A stretch of 64,000 nucleotides of DNA from an uncultured Candidatus Rokubacteria bacterium (GCA_963805625.1 CAWDVE010000010.1:832001-896000), one strand, 5' to 3'. Positions 48,022 to 57,928 are shown, numbered from the stretch's first letter. The notes: a model not told the origin generated them from the letters alone. Made by a program: numbers and translations.

Positions 48022-48251
48022 GCCCGGAGACACACTTGCGCGGAAGAGCTGGCGCCACGCAAAGACGGTCACAAGGCTCGGTCCGCCGGAAAAGAAGAGC
48101 GCCCATGTCGCCGACCATGGCGACCAGCCAGCGGGGCGCGTGAACCTGCGCATCGTCCGAACAGGGCGGCCCCGATCGGGATGGCTCCGGCCCGCGATGA
48201 CGAGCACTCCCATCCAGCGGCTCGGGGGGGGCTCGCCAGCCACGAAGAGTC

Positions 48252-49040
48252 CTATCTACGCAGGAAGTCCAGCACGAGCCGGCCAAAGGCGTCCGGCATC
48301 TGGTCCACGACCGCGACCGTGCCCCCCACCAGCGGCGCGAGCCGGCTCCCCGGGATGTGCCGGGCGACCACCTCCGCCTGCGGCGACGCGAACGGGTCTT
48401 CCGTCCCCCATGTCACGAGCGTCGGGCAGCAGACCCGGCCGATCCTCTCCTCCATGTGGTAGCGGCTGCAGGCGCCGTGCCCCTCCACGATCTTCTCGCC
48501 CGCCCGGAGCGCGTCGGCAACGAACCGCGTCAGGAGGTCCGGCCGCTCCTTCGGATAGAAGCGTTGCCGGATCTGCCAGAGCTCGGCCAGATGGGTGCCG
48601 TCCGGCTTCGCCTCGACGTGGTCGACGCGGTGTCCGCCCGTCCGATGGCGCCGGTCGCGATCGGCCGAATCGACGTAGGGGCACGAGGAGAGAACGAGCC
48701 GCTCGACGCGCTCGGGATGGGACGCTGCCAGCTCCATCGCGATCACGGCGCCCGTATGGTGCCCGACGACGGCCAGCGGCCCGACGCCAAGGCCGTCGAG
48801 CAGCGCGATGGCTCCGCGCGCGTAGTCCTCGATGTCGCACCGCCGGTCCGGCTTGTACGACTCGCCGTAGCCGATCGTGTCCATGGCGATCACCCACCGC
48901 TCCCGCGCCAGGATGGGGATGACCTCGCGATACTCATCCCACGAGCGCGGCGTCTGGTGAAGGAGCAGGACAGCCCGGCCGGCACCGGCCGTCACGTAGT
49001 GGATCTGGCCATCCGGCGTGTCCAGGAACCGTCGGTGCAC
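48252..49040 (-). CDS. Alpha/beta hydrolase-fold protein with a non-canonical elbow
   Basis: LLHQTP, DTIGYGES, VGHHTG, PTLVTWGTED. Confidence 0.88.
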   Translation of the reverse strand: MHRRFLDTPDGQIHYVTAGAGRAVLLLHQTPRSWDEYREVIPILARERWVIAMDTIGYGESYKPDRRCDIEDYARGAIALLDGLGVGPLAVVGHHTGAVIAMELAASHPERVERLVLSSCPYVDSADRDRRHRTGGHRVDHVEAKPDGTHLAELWQIRQRFYPKERPDLLTRFVADALRAGEKIVEGHGACSRYHMEERIGRVCCPTLVTWGTEDPFASPQAEVVARHIPGSRLAPLVGGTVAVVDQMPDAFGRLVLDFLRR

Positions 49041-49087
49041 GGTGCTCTTCTCCTCGTGTCAGGCTGGAGGGAACGGCCGGAGGTCGG

Positions 49088-50032
49088 TCACGGCTCGCCG
49101 GACAGGGCGCGCCGAGGATTGTCCACCGTCATCCGGTGGTAGAGCTCGTCTCCGATCCCGAGGCTCCGGAGCTCCTCGCGGAGCCCGGTCGCCACGAACG
49201 CGTAGCCACGCCCACCGTAGGCGACGTAGTCCGTGCGCCAGCACACGTCCTGCGACAGGACGAGGTGCCCGACGAGACCCGCGTCCACGAGCTGCTTGAT
49301 CCCCTGGAGCATCCGCTCGTGCTCGTACGGCTGCGGGTACCCCATCCGGTCGAACGAGAGAAACGCCCCGCGCTTCGCCAGCGCCACGTGGTACTCGTGG
49401 ACCGGATAGGAGTGCGCGTGACCGACGATCACCCGCCGCGGGTCCACGCCCTCCTCCCGCAGGATGTCCAGCTGGTCGAGTCCGACCGGGGAGTTCAGCG
49501 CGTGCGTGGCGATCGAAAGCCCCGTCCGCCGGTGTGCCCGCGCCACCGCGCGGAAGACCCGCTCCTCGACCGGGGAGATCCAGGTGAAGTGGGAGCCGAT
49601 CTCGCCCAAGAGGCCCGCCCGGACGTCGGTGCCGTCGATCCCGTGCGTGACGTCACGCTCGAGCTCCTCCGCGATCTGGTCGGTCTTCGCTCGCCAGAGC
49701 CGGCGTTCGTAGTACGGCTCACGGTACCAGCCGGCTCCGAGGACGATCTGAAGACCCACACGCTGCGCGATCTCGCGAATCGCGAGCGCGTGCTTCGTGG
49801 GCGTGATGTCGTGGTCGTGGCCCCGGAGGCCCCCCGTCGTCTGATCCACCAGCGTCACCCCGCCGGCCTTCTTGTACAAGGCGAGCTCCCGGTACGCGAG
49901 CTCCGGATCGTTCAGCATGCTGTTGCGCCCGAGGACGTCGCGGGTGAGATCCAGGAAGATGTGCTCGTGAATCAGCGTGAAGCCGAGGTCCCGGGCCGCC
50001 ACCGCCCCGGTCACGGTCATGATGGACGCCAT
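49088..50032 (-). CDS. Phosphotriesterase-family amidohydrolase
   Basis: TLIHEH, GEIG, ATHA, VGHA, LSQDV, VDNPRR. Confidence 0.92.
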   Translation of the reverse strand: MASIMTVTGAVAARDLGFTLIHEHIFLDLTRDVLGRNSMLNDPELAYRELALYKKAGGVTLVDQTTGGLRGHDHDITPTKHALAIREIAQRVGLQIVLGAGWYREPYYERRLWRAKTDQIAEELERDVTHGIDGTDVRAGLLGEIGSHFTWISPVEERVFRAVARAHRRTGLSIATHALNSPVGLDQLDILREEGVDPRRVIVGHAHSYPVHEYHVALAKRGAFLSFDRMGYPQPYEHERMLQGIKQLVDAGLVGHLVLSQDVCWRTDYVAYGGRGYAFVATGLREELRSLGIGDELYHRMTVDNPRRALSGEP

Positions 50033-50085
50033 CGCTCCTCCCGCTTGGAGATCGCGCGCCGCTGCCGCGGCGAGCGCTTGTCTCG

Positions 50086-50955
50086 CTACTCTCGCCGGCG
50101 CGTGAGGAGCACGCCCGCGACCACGGCCACCCCTCCCACCACCGACACCAGCGCGACCCGCTCCCCGAGCAGGAGCGCGGCCGCCAACACGGCGAAGAAC
50201 GACTCCATGTTGGCATAGATCGCGGTCCGCGCGGCGCCGAGACGCCGCACGGCGGCGTACCACAAGAGGCTCCCCAGCGCGCCGCCGGCCGCGCCGGCGT
50301 AGAGAATGCCGGCCCAAGTCCACCACGGCAGCGCCCAGTCCTGGGCCACGAGCCCCGGCACCGCGAAGGGCACGAGCCCGATCGTCCCCGTCAGGGTGAT
50401 CCAGAATGTACCGGCAAGGGTACCGCGGCGCTGGAGGACCGGAGCCGCGAGGATCGTCCAGACGCCCCAGGTGATCGCGGCCCCGACGGTGAGCAAGTCC
50501 CCGAGCAGGGACGCCTCACCGGCCGCCCCGCTGGCCGGCCAGCCGATGATCAGCACCGCCCCGCCGACGCCGAGGGCAAGCCCGAGGACGTCGCGCCGCC
50601 CCAGGCTGACGTGGCCCAGCGCCTGGCTCATGCCGAACACGAAGAGCGGGGTCACCGTGAAGATGAGCCCGGAATGGGACGCGGTGGTGAGGTGGAGCCC
50701 CCACGAGTAGAGGATCTGGTTCAGCGTGAAGCCGATCAGCCCCGCGGACAGGAGCGCAGGCACGTCCTCCGAAGACGGCGAGCGCCACCCACCCGAGCGA
50801 CGGAGGATGACGGCGAGGACAGCCAGGGAGACCAGCCCCCGAACCAGCATCAGCGTGAGCGGACTCATCACGGTCATGATGCCCTTCAGGACGGGGAAGC
50901 TGACGCCCCATACGAAGACGGCGAGCAACGCCCCGCCGTCCGCCCACGTCAGCAC
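50086..50955 (-). CDS. DMT/EamA transporter
   Basis: WGVSF, about 10 TM helices in two EamA repeats, LLGE. Confidence 0.9.
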   Translation of the reverse strand: MLTWADGGALLAVFVWGVSFPVLKGIMTVMSPLTLMLVRGLVSLAVLAVILRRSGGWRSPSSEDVPALLSAGLIGFTLNQILYSWGLHLTTASHSGLIFTVTPLFVFGMSQALGHVSLGRRDVLGLALGVGGAVLIIGWPASGAAGEASLLGDLLTVGAAITWGVWTILAAPVLQRRGTLAGTFWITLTGTIGLVPFAVPGLVAQDWALPWWTWAGILYAGAAGGALGSLLWYAAVRRLGAARTAIYANMESFFAVLAAALLLGERVALVSVVGGVAVVAGVLLTRRRE

Positions 50956-51160
50956 GATCGGAGGGCGGCCCGGCGGATTGGCCGGGGAGCGGCAGGCGCG
51001 CCACCCGCCCGAGACGGCAGCGGCGGTCGCGCAGGCACCCGGTCATGGTACGCGAGGCAACCGGCGCGGGCTACTCGGCGCGTCCAGCCTGGCTATCGTG
51101 ACTCGGACCGCCGCGCATCGGCGTACCTGCAATCGGCCCACTACCGGCCGTCGCCCGGCC

Positions 51161-51190
51161 TTGACAGGCGCAGACCGGCCCGCCTAGCAT
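51161..51190 (+). promoter_or_regulatory. Sigma70 promoter of the ABC/catabolic operon
   Basis: TTGACA-18nt-TAGCAT. Confidence 0.65.
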
Positions 51191-51224
51191 CGCAGTATTG
51201 GAGCTCACACGCGATGAGGGGTTC

Positions 51225-52085
51225 GTGGCTCCCGTTCCGCCGCGCGAGTTGCCCCACCTCGGCCGGCGGATCCGGCGCGCCCTTCGAAGCTCGGTCGTCC
51301 TCGGCGGTCTGATCGTCTCCGTCCTGATCGTCGCGGTCGCCCTCTTCGCGGGACTCCTCGCGCCCGTGGCGCCCGACGAGCAGAACTTCGATCTCCTGGA
51401 GACACCCCCGGGACACCAGGCCTGGATGGGTACGGACCGTCTCGGTCGCGACGTCCTCAGCCGGGTAATCCACGGCACTCGCATCTCGCTGTACGTCGCG
51501 ACCGTCTCCATCGGGTCCGCCATGCTAATCGGCGGCGCGCTCGGGCTGACGGCCGGCTATCTCGGTGGGCGGTGGGACAATCTCGTGAGCCGGGTGATGG
51601 ATGTATTCTTCAGCGTGCCCGGTCTGCTCCTCTCCGTCGGCATCGCGGCGATGCGGGGCCCCGGGATCAACAGCGCCGTGATCGCGATCGCCATCGTGTA
51701 CACGCCGATCTTCGCCCGGGTCATGCGGGGCCCGGTCCTCGCCGAGCGCGAGAAGGAGTACGTGGACGCGGTGCGGGCGCTCGGCGCCGGTCGGGCGAAG
51801 GTCGCGCTCAAGCACGTCCTGCCGAACGTGCTCTCCCCCTTCGTCGTTCAGGGAACCGTGGCATTCTCCCAGGCGATCCTGATCGAAGCCTCGCTCAGCT
51901 ATCTCGGTCTCTCGGTCCAGCCGCCCACCCCGTCGTGGGGCAACATGCTCAACGAGGGTCGGACGTACCTCGAGACCGCTCCCTGGATCTCGGTCTTCCC
52001 CGGCCTCGCCATCATGACGGCGGTGCTGGCCTTCAACCTGCTCGGTGACGGACTTCGCGACGTGCTCGATCCCCGCTCCCAGTGA
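51225..52085 (+). CDS. ABC permease (DppC-like)
   Basis: GTDRLGRD, EYVDAVRALGA, HVLPN, PSWG, GDGLRDVLDPR; alternative TTG start at 51198. Confidence 0.93.
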   Translation: MAPVPPRELPHLGRRIRRALRSSVVLGGLIVSVLIVAVALFAGLLAPVAPDEQNFDLLETPPGHQAWMGTDRLGRDVLSRVIHGTRISLYVATVSIGSAMLIGGALGLTAGYLGGRWDNLVSRVMDVFFSVPGLLLSVGIAAMRGPGINSAVIAIAIVYTPIFARVMRGPVLAEREKEYVDAVRALGAGRAKVALKHVLPNVLSPFVVQGTVAFSQAILIEASLSYLGLSVQPPTPSWGNMLNEGRTYLETAPWISVFPGLAIMTAVLAFNLLGDGLRDVLDPRSQ

Positions 52086-52112
52086 CAACCTCTCGTGCCC
52101 AGGAGGCATCCC

Positions 52113-53699
52113 ATGACCAAGCGTGACAGTCAGTTGGACCACGACGCTCCTCGCCCCAGCGCCCCGAGCCGCCGCGACGTGCTCAAAGCGGGCGGCGCCG
52201 CCCTGGGGACGCTCGCCCTCGGGCGGGGCGCCTTCGCCCAGACGCCGAGGGCCGGCGGAAGCATCATCTCCGCCCAGAACAACGAGGCGACCGGCCTCGA
52301 CCCGCAGCTGGTCCCGGCGTTCTCGCGGAGCCGCCGCTCGCCGCTGACCTACAGCCAGCTCGTCCGCTTCGACGAGAACATGGCGGTCCAGCCCGAGCTC
52401 GCCGAGTCCTGGACGCTCTCCGACGACAAGCTCACCTGGACGTTCAAGCTCCGCCAGGGCGTCAAGTTCCATGACGGCCAGGAGCTCACGAGCGCCGACG
52501 TCAAGTTCACGTTCGACCGGCTCCTCGAGAAGTCGGCCGGCGGCAAGGCCGACTTCACCGCGGTCGACAAGGTCGAGCCGGCGGGCAAGTACCAGATCAA
52601 GTTCGTCACCAAGGAGCCGTTCGCCGCGCTCCTGGCCGCCCTCGGCGGGTTCTGGGGCTACATCGTGAGCGAGGCCGGGGTCACCAAGGGCGGCGGCGAC
52701 CTCAACAAGATGACGATGGGGACCGGCCCCTTCATGCTGGCCGACTGGAAGGTCGAGCAGCAGATGGTCTTCAAGAAGAACCCGAACTACTACAAGAAGG
52801 GGCTGCCCTACGTCGACGAAGTCGTCATCCGGACCATCCCGGACGAGGCGAACATCGTCGCCGCCCTCCGCACCGGGCAAATCCACCACGCCTTCATCGA
52901 GGACAACAAGAACTGGAACCTCCTGAAGGACGAGAAGACCCTCACGGGCTACCGGTCGTCCCGTCTCGGGTACGACTACCTCAACATCACCGCGACTCGC
53001 GGCCCGCTCAAGGACGTTCGGGTCCGACAGGCGATCAGCTACGCGGTCGACCGGGCGGCGGTGTTGAAGGTGGCGGCGGCGGGCTTCGGACGGTTGACGG
53101 CCCCCGCGACGGCGCCCATGAAGCAGTGGCAGATCCCCGAAGAGCAGTGGATGAAGTACTACAGGCCCGACATCGACAAGGCGAAGAAGCTCATGGCCGA
53201 GGCGGGACAGGCGGGCGGCTTCACCGTCAAGCTCTGCGTCATCCCCACCTTCCCGACCATGGTCAACGGCGCCCCCGTCGTCGCGGCGAACCTCAAGCGC
53301 ATCGGGATCAACGCCGAGATCGAGAACGTCGAGTACGCGGTCTGGATCAAGCGCTGGCTCGCGAAGGACTTCGACATGACGATGAACACGACGCCGGGCT
53401 ACGCCGACCCCGACACCGCGTTCTTCCGGGCGCTTCACTCCACCAAGGGGCAGAACTGGAACAGCTGGAGCGTCCCCGACCTGGACGGGCTCCTCGAGGA
53501 GGGGCGGAAGACGTTCGACCAGAAGAAGCGCAAGGAGATCTACGACAAGGTTCAGATCATGATCCTCGAGAACGTGCCGCACCTCTGGCTCTTCTCGGCC
53601 GACCACATCGACTTCAGCCAGAACTATGTGAAGGGCTGGGTGCAGCACCCCACGACGAACCTCTACGGGTTCGAGCGAGTCTGGCTCGACAAGGCATAG
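52113..53699 (+). CDS. Family 5 ABC substrate-binding protein with Tat signal
   Basis: SRRDVLK, LDPQ, PELAESW, KFHDG, GTGPF, VRQAISYAVDR; AGGAGG SD. Confidence 0.95.
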   Translation: MTKRDSQLDHDAPRPSAPSRRDVLKAGGAALGTLALGRGAFAQTPRAGGSIISAQNNEATGLDPQLVPAFSRSRRSPLTYSQLVRFDENMAVQPELAESWTLSDDKLTWTFKLRQGVKFHDGQELTSADVKFTFDRLLEKSAGGKADFTAVDKVEPAGKYQIKFVTKEPFAALLAALGGFWGYIVSEAGVTKGGGDLNKMTMGTGPFMLADWKVEQQMVFKKNPNYYKKGLPYVDEVVIRTIPDEANIVAALRTGQIHHAFIEDNKNWNLLKDEKTLTGYRSSRLGYDYLNITATRGPLKDVRVRQAISYAVDRAAVLKVAAAGFGRLTAPATAPMKQWQIPEEQWMKYYRPDIDKAKKLMAEAGQAGGFTVKLCVIPTFPTMVNGAPVVAANLKRIGINAEIENVEYAVWIKRWLAKDFDMTMNTTPGYADPDTAFFRALHSTKGQNWNSWSVPDLDGLLEEGRKTFDQKKRKEIYDKVQIMILENVPHLWLFSADHIDFSQNYVKGWVQHPTTNLYGFERVWLDKA

Positions 53700-53772
53700 A
53701 AGAGCGAATACCCGGTCCCGGGAGCAGCCGCAGCGGAGCGCCTGTCGGTTGTCCTGTAATTCGTGCGCCCTA

Positions 53773-53814
53773 CGCCGGGGACAGACTGCCCGACCGTCAA
53801 GCCTGTCCCCGGCG
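53773..53814. repeat. Perfect 12-bp stem hairpin (REP-like or RNA-stabilising)
   Basis: CGCCGGGGACAG-18nt-CTGTCCCCGGCG; no U-tract. Confidence 0.7.
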
Positions 53815-53849
53815 GGAGGGCTCTGTCGCGGTAAGATGCGGCGAACGAG

Positions 53850-54329
53850 GTGAGGCTCGCTTGGACCTTCCGAGGGTTCGAGCGCTGGCTCTATCGAGGG
53901 CGCCGTCCCAATGCCCTGGCTCGAGTGCTCAATCGAGTCTGGGCAACCGTCAATGCCTTGGGCATCGCCCCGAACCATCTGGTCACGCTGGAGGTGGTGG
54001 GGCGTCGGTCGGGGCGCACGATCTCCTTCCCTCTGGTAATGGCCGTCATGGACGGGCAGCGGTACCTCGTGTCGATGCTCGGCACCGAGGTGGCGTGGGT
54101 TCGGAATGTCCGGGCGTCTGACGGCCATGCACTGCTGCGTCACGGAAGGACCGAACGGGTGCGGCTCGAGGAGATCCCGGTCGAGAAGCGCGGCCCAGTG
54201 CTGAAGGCCTACTTGAAGAGAGCGCCCGGAGCGCGGGCGCATCTGGCGGTGGACAAGGACGCGCCGCTCGCGGAGTTCGAAGCGATCGCCGCAAGCATCC
54301 CAGTGTTCCGCGTCCTGGCGGCAAGGTAG
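53850..54329 (+). CDS. Deazaflavin-dependent nitroreductase-like (FDOR-A/Ddn) protein
   Basis: TLEVVGRRSG, WVRNVRA, PVFRV. Confidence 0.85.
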   Translation: MRLAWTFRGFERWLYRGRRPNALARVLNRVWATVNALGIAPNHLVTLEVVGRRSGRTISFPLVMAVMDGQRYLVSMLGTEVAWVRNVRASDGHALLRHGRTERVRLEEIPVEKRGPVLKAYLKRAPGARAHLAVDKDAPLAEFEAIAASIPVFRVLAAR

Positions 54330-54451
54330 CTCCAGGCCAGACCGGCTCGATACAGGGATGACGCGTGACGACGCCTGGGGCGACCGGGGGGCACGCGTCG
54401 CCACCGAGTCGAGTGCGTGGCGACTGTCCAGCTCAGCGCGAGGAGAACTGC

Positions 54452-54916
54452 GTGTCAGCAGGCGAAGTCGATCCGACTGAGGCACTTGCTGCCCGGGAGA
54501 TCATCACCACGCGGGTTGTCGACGCGGCACGCGAGCGGGTGTTCCAGGCATTTGCCGACCCGCATCACCTCGTGCGGTGGTGGGGTCCGAAGGGCTTCAC
54601 CAACACCTTTCACGAGTTCGATCTGCGTCCGGGCGGCACCTGGCGCTTCGTGATGCACGGTCCCGACGGCGCCAGCTATCAGAACAAGAGCGTGTTCGTC
54701 GAAGTGCTGAAGCCCGAGCGCATCGTCCTCCAGCACGTGTCGGGGCCGCAGTTTCAGCTGACGATCGCGCTCGCCGAGCAGGAGGGCAAGACCAGGATCA
54801 CCTGGCGAATGCTCTTCGAGTCTGCCACCGAGTGCGACAGGATCAAGAGGTTCGCGGTCGAGGCGAACGAGCAGAACCTCGACCGCCTGGAAGCCGAGCT
54901 GGCGAAGATGGCATGA
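54452..54916 (+). CDS. SRPBCC/AHSA1 domain protein
   Basis: RERVFQAFADP..WWGPKGF, DLRPGGTWRFVMHGPDG, EQNLDRL; AGGAGA SD. Confidence 0.9.
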   Translation: MSAGEVDPTEALAAREIITTRVVDAARERVFQAFADPHHLVRWWGPKGFTNTFHEFDLRPGGTWRFVMHGPDGASYQNKSVFVEVLKPERIVLQHVSGPQFQLTIALAEQEGKTRITWRMLFESATECDRIKRFAVEANEQNLDRLEAELAKMA

Positions 54917-54935
54917 TGCTCGCGCTGACACCCTG

Positions 54936-55889
54936 ATGGGTCGCTACCTGGTCGTCCGCCTCTATTCGATGGTCCTGACCCTCCTCGGGCTCACGGTCCT
55001 GGTCTTCCTCATGCTCCGCCTCATTCCGGGCACCGTCGTGGAGCAGATGATCGGCGCAGACGCGGTCATGAGCCAGCAGATGGTGGATCAGCTCAAACGG
55101 TTCTTCGGGCTCGACCAGGCCTGGTACGTCCAGTACGGCCGCTGGCTCGGCCAGCTCTTTCGAGGCGACCTCGGGACGTCCTGGCGCACGGGGAAGCCGG
55201 TCCTCTCCCTGATCCTCGAACGGCTTCCGGTCACGATCGAGCTCACCGTGCTCTCTGTCCTCTTCTCGCTGGTCCTGGGCGTCGCGGCCGGGATCCTGTC
55301 CGCCGTCCGGCGCGACCAGACGATCGACCACGTCACGCGGATCGGTACGCTGCTCGGCCTTTCGGTGCCGGTCTTCTGGCAGGGCACGATGCTGATCCTG
55401 TTTTTCTCGCTCTATCTCCGCTGGATGCCGCCAGTCATGTGGGTCGACCTCCTTGCGGACCCCCGGCGGAATCTCACCATCATGGTCCTCCCTGCCCTGT
55501 GCCTCGGCACGGCGGCCGCCGCGAACGTGGCCCGCACCACCCGCTCCTGCATGCTCGACGTGCTCGGCTCCGACTACGTGCGCACCGCACTCGCCAAGGG
55601 GCTGGCCGGTCGGGCCATCGTGCTGAAGCACGCCCTCAAGAACGCGATGATCCCCGTGGTGACGGTGGTCGGCCTCCAGCTGGGGATCCTGCTGGGCGGC
55701 ACGGTCGTGGTGGAGGAGGTCTTCACGCTCCCCGGAGTGGGCCGCCTGGTCCTCTGGTCGATCTACCAACGAGACTACCCGGTGACGCAGAGCACGATCC
55801 TGTTCATCGCGGCCCTCTTCATGACCCTCAACCTGGCGGTCGATCTGTTGTACGGTTACCTGGAACCCCGCATCCGGTACGGGGACTGA
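54936..55889 (+). CDS. ABC permease (DppB-like)
   Basis: LIPG, PVFWQG, DYVRTALAKGL, RDYP, LEPRIRY. Confidence 0.95.
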   Translation: MGRYLVVRLYSMVLTLLGLTVLVFLMLRLIPGTVVEQMIGADAVMSQQMVDQLKRFFGLDQAWYVQYGRWLGQLFRGDLGTSWRTGKPVLSLILERLPVTIELTVLSVLFSLVLGVAAGILSAVRRDQTIDHVTRIGTLLGLSVPVFWQGTMLILFFSLYLRWMPPVMWVDLLADPRRNLTIMVLPALCLGTAAAANVARTTRSCMLDVLGSDYVRTALAKGLAGRAIVLKHALKNAMIPVVTVVGLQLGILLGGTVVVEEVFTLPGVGRLVLWSIYQRDYPVTQSTILFIAALFMTLNLAVDLLYGYLEPRIRYGD

Positions 55890-55946
55890 GCGGCTGCGCT
55901 CCAGGCCCCGGCGCCGGCGCGGCCCGGAGGGAGACCCTACGGAACC

Positions 55947-57038
55947 ATGAAGGCCCCGGTCCTGTTCGAGCAGCGCCAGCCCCTCCGCGTCGAGGAGCTC
56001 GAGGTAGAGCCCCCGCGCGAGGGCGAGGTCTCCGTCCGCATGGTGGCAAGCGGCGTCTGCCACAGCTGCCTCCACGCCGCCGACGGCAGTTGGCAGGGCA
56101 TCCCGCTCCCCATCGTGCTCGGCGACGAAGGATCGGGGATCGTCGAGGCAGTGGGCCCCGGTGTCCGGCACCTCCGGGCCGGCGACCACGTGGTCCTCTC
56201 CTGGGCTCCCACCTGCGGGCGATGCCACTACTGCGTCATCGGGCGGCCGAACCTGTGCGAGAACCGTCAGCCCGGAAAGGGCGTGCTTCCCGAGGGCACG
56301 ACACGCCTGTCGCTCGCCGGGAAACCCGTCTACCAGTACGGCCACGTCGCCACGTACGCCTCGCGCACGGTGGTGGCGGAGTCCAGCGCGATCCCGATCC
56401 GACCCGACATGCCCCTCGACCGCGCGGCCCTGATCGGGTGTTCCGTCATGACCGGGGTTGGCGCGGTGATCAACACGGCTCAGGTGCCGCCGGGCGCCAG
56501 CATGGCGGTCTTCGGCGTCGGCGGCGTCGGGCTGAACGTGGTCCAGGGCGGGGCGCTCGTCACCGCGCATCCCCTGGTGGCGGTCGACGTGCGGGCCGAG
56601 CGGCTCGAGCACGCGCGGGCGCTCGGTGCCACGCATGTGGTCGACGCGTCCCGGCAGGATCCGGTCGCCGCCATCCGGGCCATCACCCGGCGTGGCGCCG
56701 ACTACACCTTCGCCGCCGTCGGAGACGTGCGGGCGATGGGGCAGGCGATCGACTCCCTCGCCCCGGGAGGGACCGCGGTCATGATCGGGGTCCCGCCGAC
56801 CGGGACGACGGTTCCGCTCAGCGTCCAGCCCCTGGTGAGCCAGGAGCGGGTGATCCGGGGCTCGATCTACGGGAGCGCCCGGACCCGCGAGGACTTTCCC
56901 CGGCTGGTGGAGCTCTACCTCGTCGGCAAGCTTCGTCTGGACGATCTCATCACCCGCCGCTACTCGATCGACGAGGCGGACCAGGCGTTCCGGGACCTCG
57001 CGGCCGGGGCGCTGGCGCGTGGCCTGATCGTCTTCTGA
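55947..57038 (+). CDS. Zn-dependent alcohol dehydrogenase
   Basis: GVCHS, GDEG (variant of GHE), CGRCHYC..C structural Zn site, GCSVMTG, GVGGVG. Confidence 0.92.
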   Translation: MKAPVLFEQRQPLRVEELEVEPPREGEVSVRMVASGVCHSCLHAADGSWQGIPLPIVLGDEGSGIVEAVGPGVRHLRAGDHVVLSWAPTCGRCHYCVIGRPNLCENRQPGKGVLPEGTTRLSLAGKPVYQYGHVATYASRTVVAESSAIPIRPDMPLDRAALIGCSVMTGVGAVINTAQVPPGASMAVFGVGGVGLNVVQGGALVTAHPLVAVDVRAERLEHARALGATHVVDASRQDPVAAIRAITRRGADYTFAAVGDVRAMGQAIDSLAPGGTAVMIGVPPTGTTVPLSVQPLVSQERVIRGSIYGSARTREDFPRLVELYLVGKLRLDDLITRRYSIDEADQAFRDLAAGALARGLIVF

Positions 57039-57046
57039 GCGACCCG

Positions 57047-57928
57047 ATGCCACCGCCGACGCACCGGCCGACGCCGTTGACGGTCTATCTTCCCTTCAAC
57101 CGGGACTGTCTCCGCGGCGGCTTCGTCCCGGCGAAGACGGGCGCCACGCCGCCGGCACCCCACGGCCACTGGCTCCTGGTCCAGGATCAGGCGCTCCTCG
57201 TCGTCCCCGACGGCGACCGGTTCCGCCTGCCCGAAGGCGAGCGGCCGGCCGGCCTCGACGGCGCCCTGAGCGACCCCATCTGGCTCGGCACGCTCGGAGA
57301 CACGCCCTGCTGGGTCATAGGCCTGCCGAAAGGGGCCGCCGTCCCGACCGCCCTTCAGCGCGAGACCCTGGTGCCGATGCAGGGCACGCGGCTCCCGGAC
57401 GAGCTCCTCTCGCTCGGCGGGATGGCCATGCAGCTCCTCTGGTGGGAGTCGACCAGCGGCCACTGCCCGCGCTGCGGCGAGCCGACCGCGCGCATTCCCG
57501 GCGAGTGGGGAAAGCAGTGCCCGCGCTGCCGCTACGAGCATTATCCCCACCTCCATCCCGCCGTGATCACGCTCGTCCGCGACGGCTCCCGCGTCCTCCT
57601 GGCCCGGAAGGCGGGCTGGGCGCCCGGGCGCTACGCCCTGGTCGCCGGCTTCGTCGACAACGGCGAGTCGCTCGAGGGCACGGTCGCCCGCGAGGTCAAG
57701 GAAGAGGTGGGGGTCGACGTCACCGACATCCAGTACGTCGGGAGTCAGAACTGGCCGTTCCCGAGCCAGCTCATGATCGGGTTCGTCGCCCGGTACGCGG
57801 GCGGCGAGATCGCGATCGACAAGGAGGAGCTCGAGGACGCGCGCTGGTTCGACTGCGCCAAGCTCCCGAACGGCCCCTCCCGCCACTCGATCGCCGGCTT
57901 CATCATCGCCAACCACGCCCGACCCTGA
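57047..57928 (+). CDS. nudC: NAD(H) pyrophosphatase
   Basis: CPRCG..CPRC Zn finger, Nudix box GESLEGTVAREVKEEVG, SQNWPFP. Confidence 0.92.
   Translation: MPPPTHRPTPLTVYLPFNRDCLRGGFVPAKTGATPPAPHGHWLLVQDQALLVVPDGDRFRLPEGERPAGLDGALSDPIWLGTLGDTPCWVIGLPKGAAVPTALQRETLVPMQGTRLPDELLSLGGMAMQLLWWESTSGHCPRCGEPTARIPGEWGKQCPRCRYEHYPHLHPAVITLVRDGSRVLLARKAGWAPGRYALVAGFVDNGESLEGTVAREVKEEVGVDVTDIQYVGSQNWPFPSQLMIGFVARYAGGEIAIDKEELEDARWFDCAKLPNGPSRHSIAGFIIANHARP

Noticed and set aside
48040-48110. c-di-GMP-I riboswitch suggested by ACGCAAAG
   Set aside because: The upstream GGCAAAC/GAAA elements are missing and the site lies between convergent genes.
48030-48240. Possible membrane-protein remnant on the minus strand (HAPRWLVAMVG, VFAWRQLFR)
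   Set aside because: It needs frame changes and I cannot assign a family; BLASTx would be required.
51525-54485. 986-aa minus-strand ORF and similar long antisense ORFs (e.g. 29681-31831, 45679-47835, 54843-57053, 56960-58864)
   Set aside because: Shadow frames of well-supported plus-strand genes in high-GC DNA, with no family motifs.
53700-54935. Integron cassette array
   Set aside because: No RYYYAAC/GTTRRRY attC cores around the hairpins and no intI.
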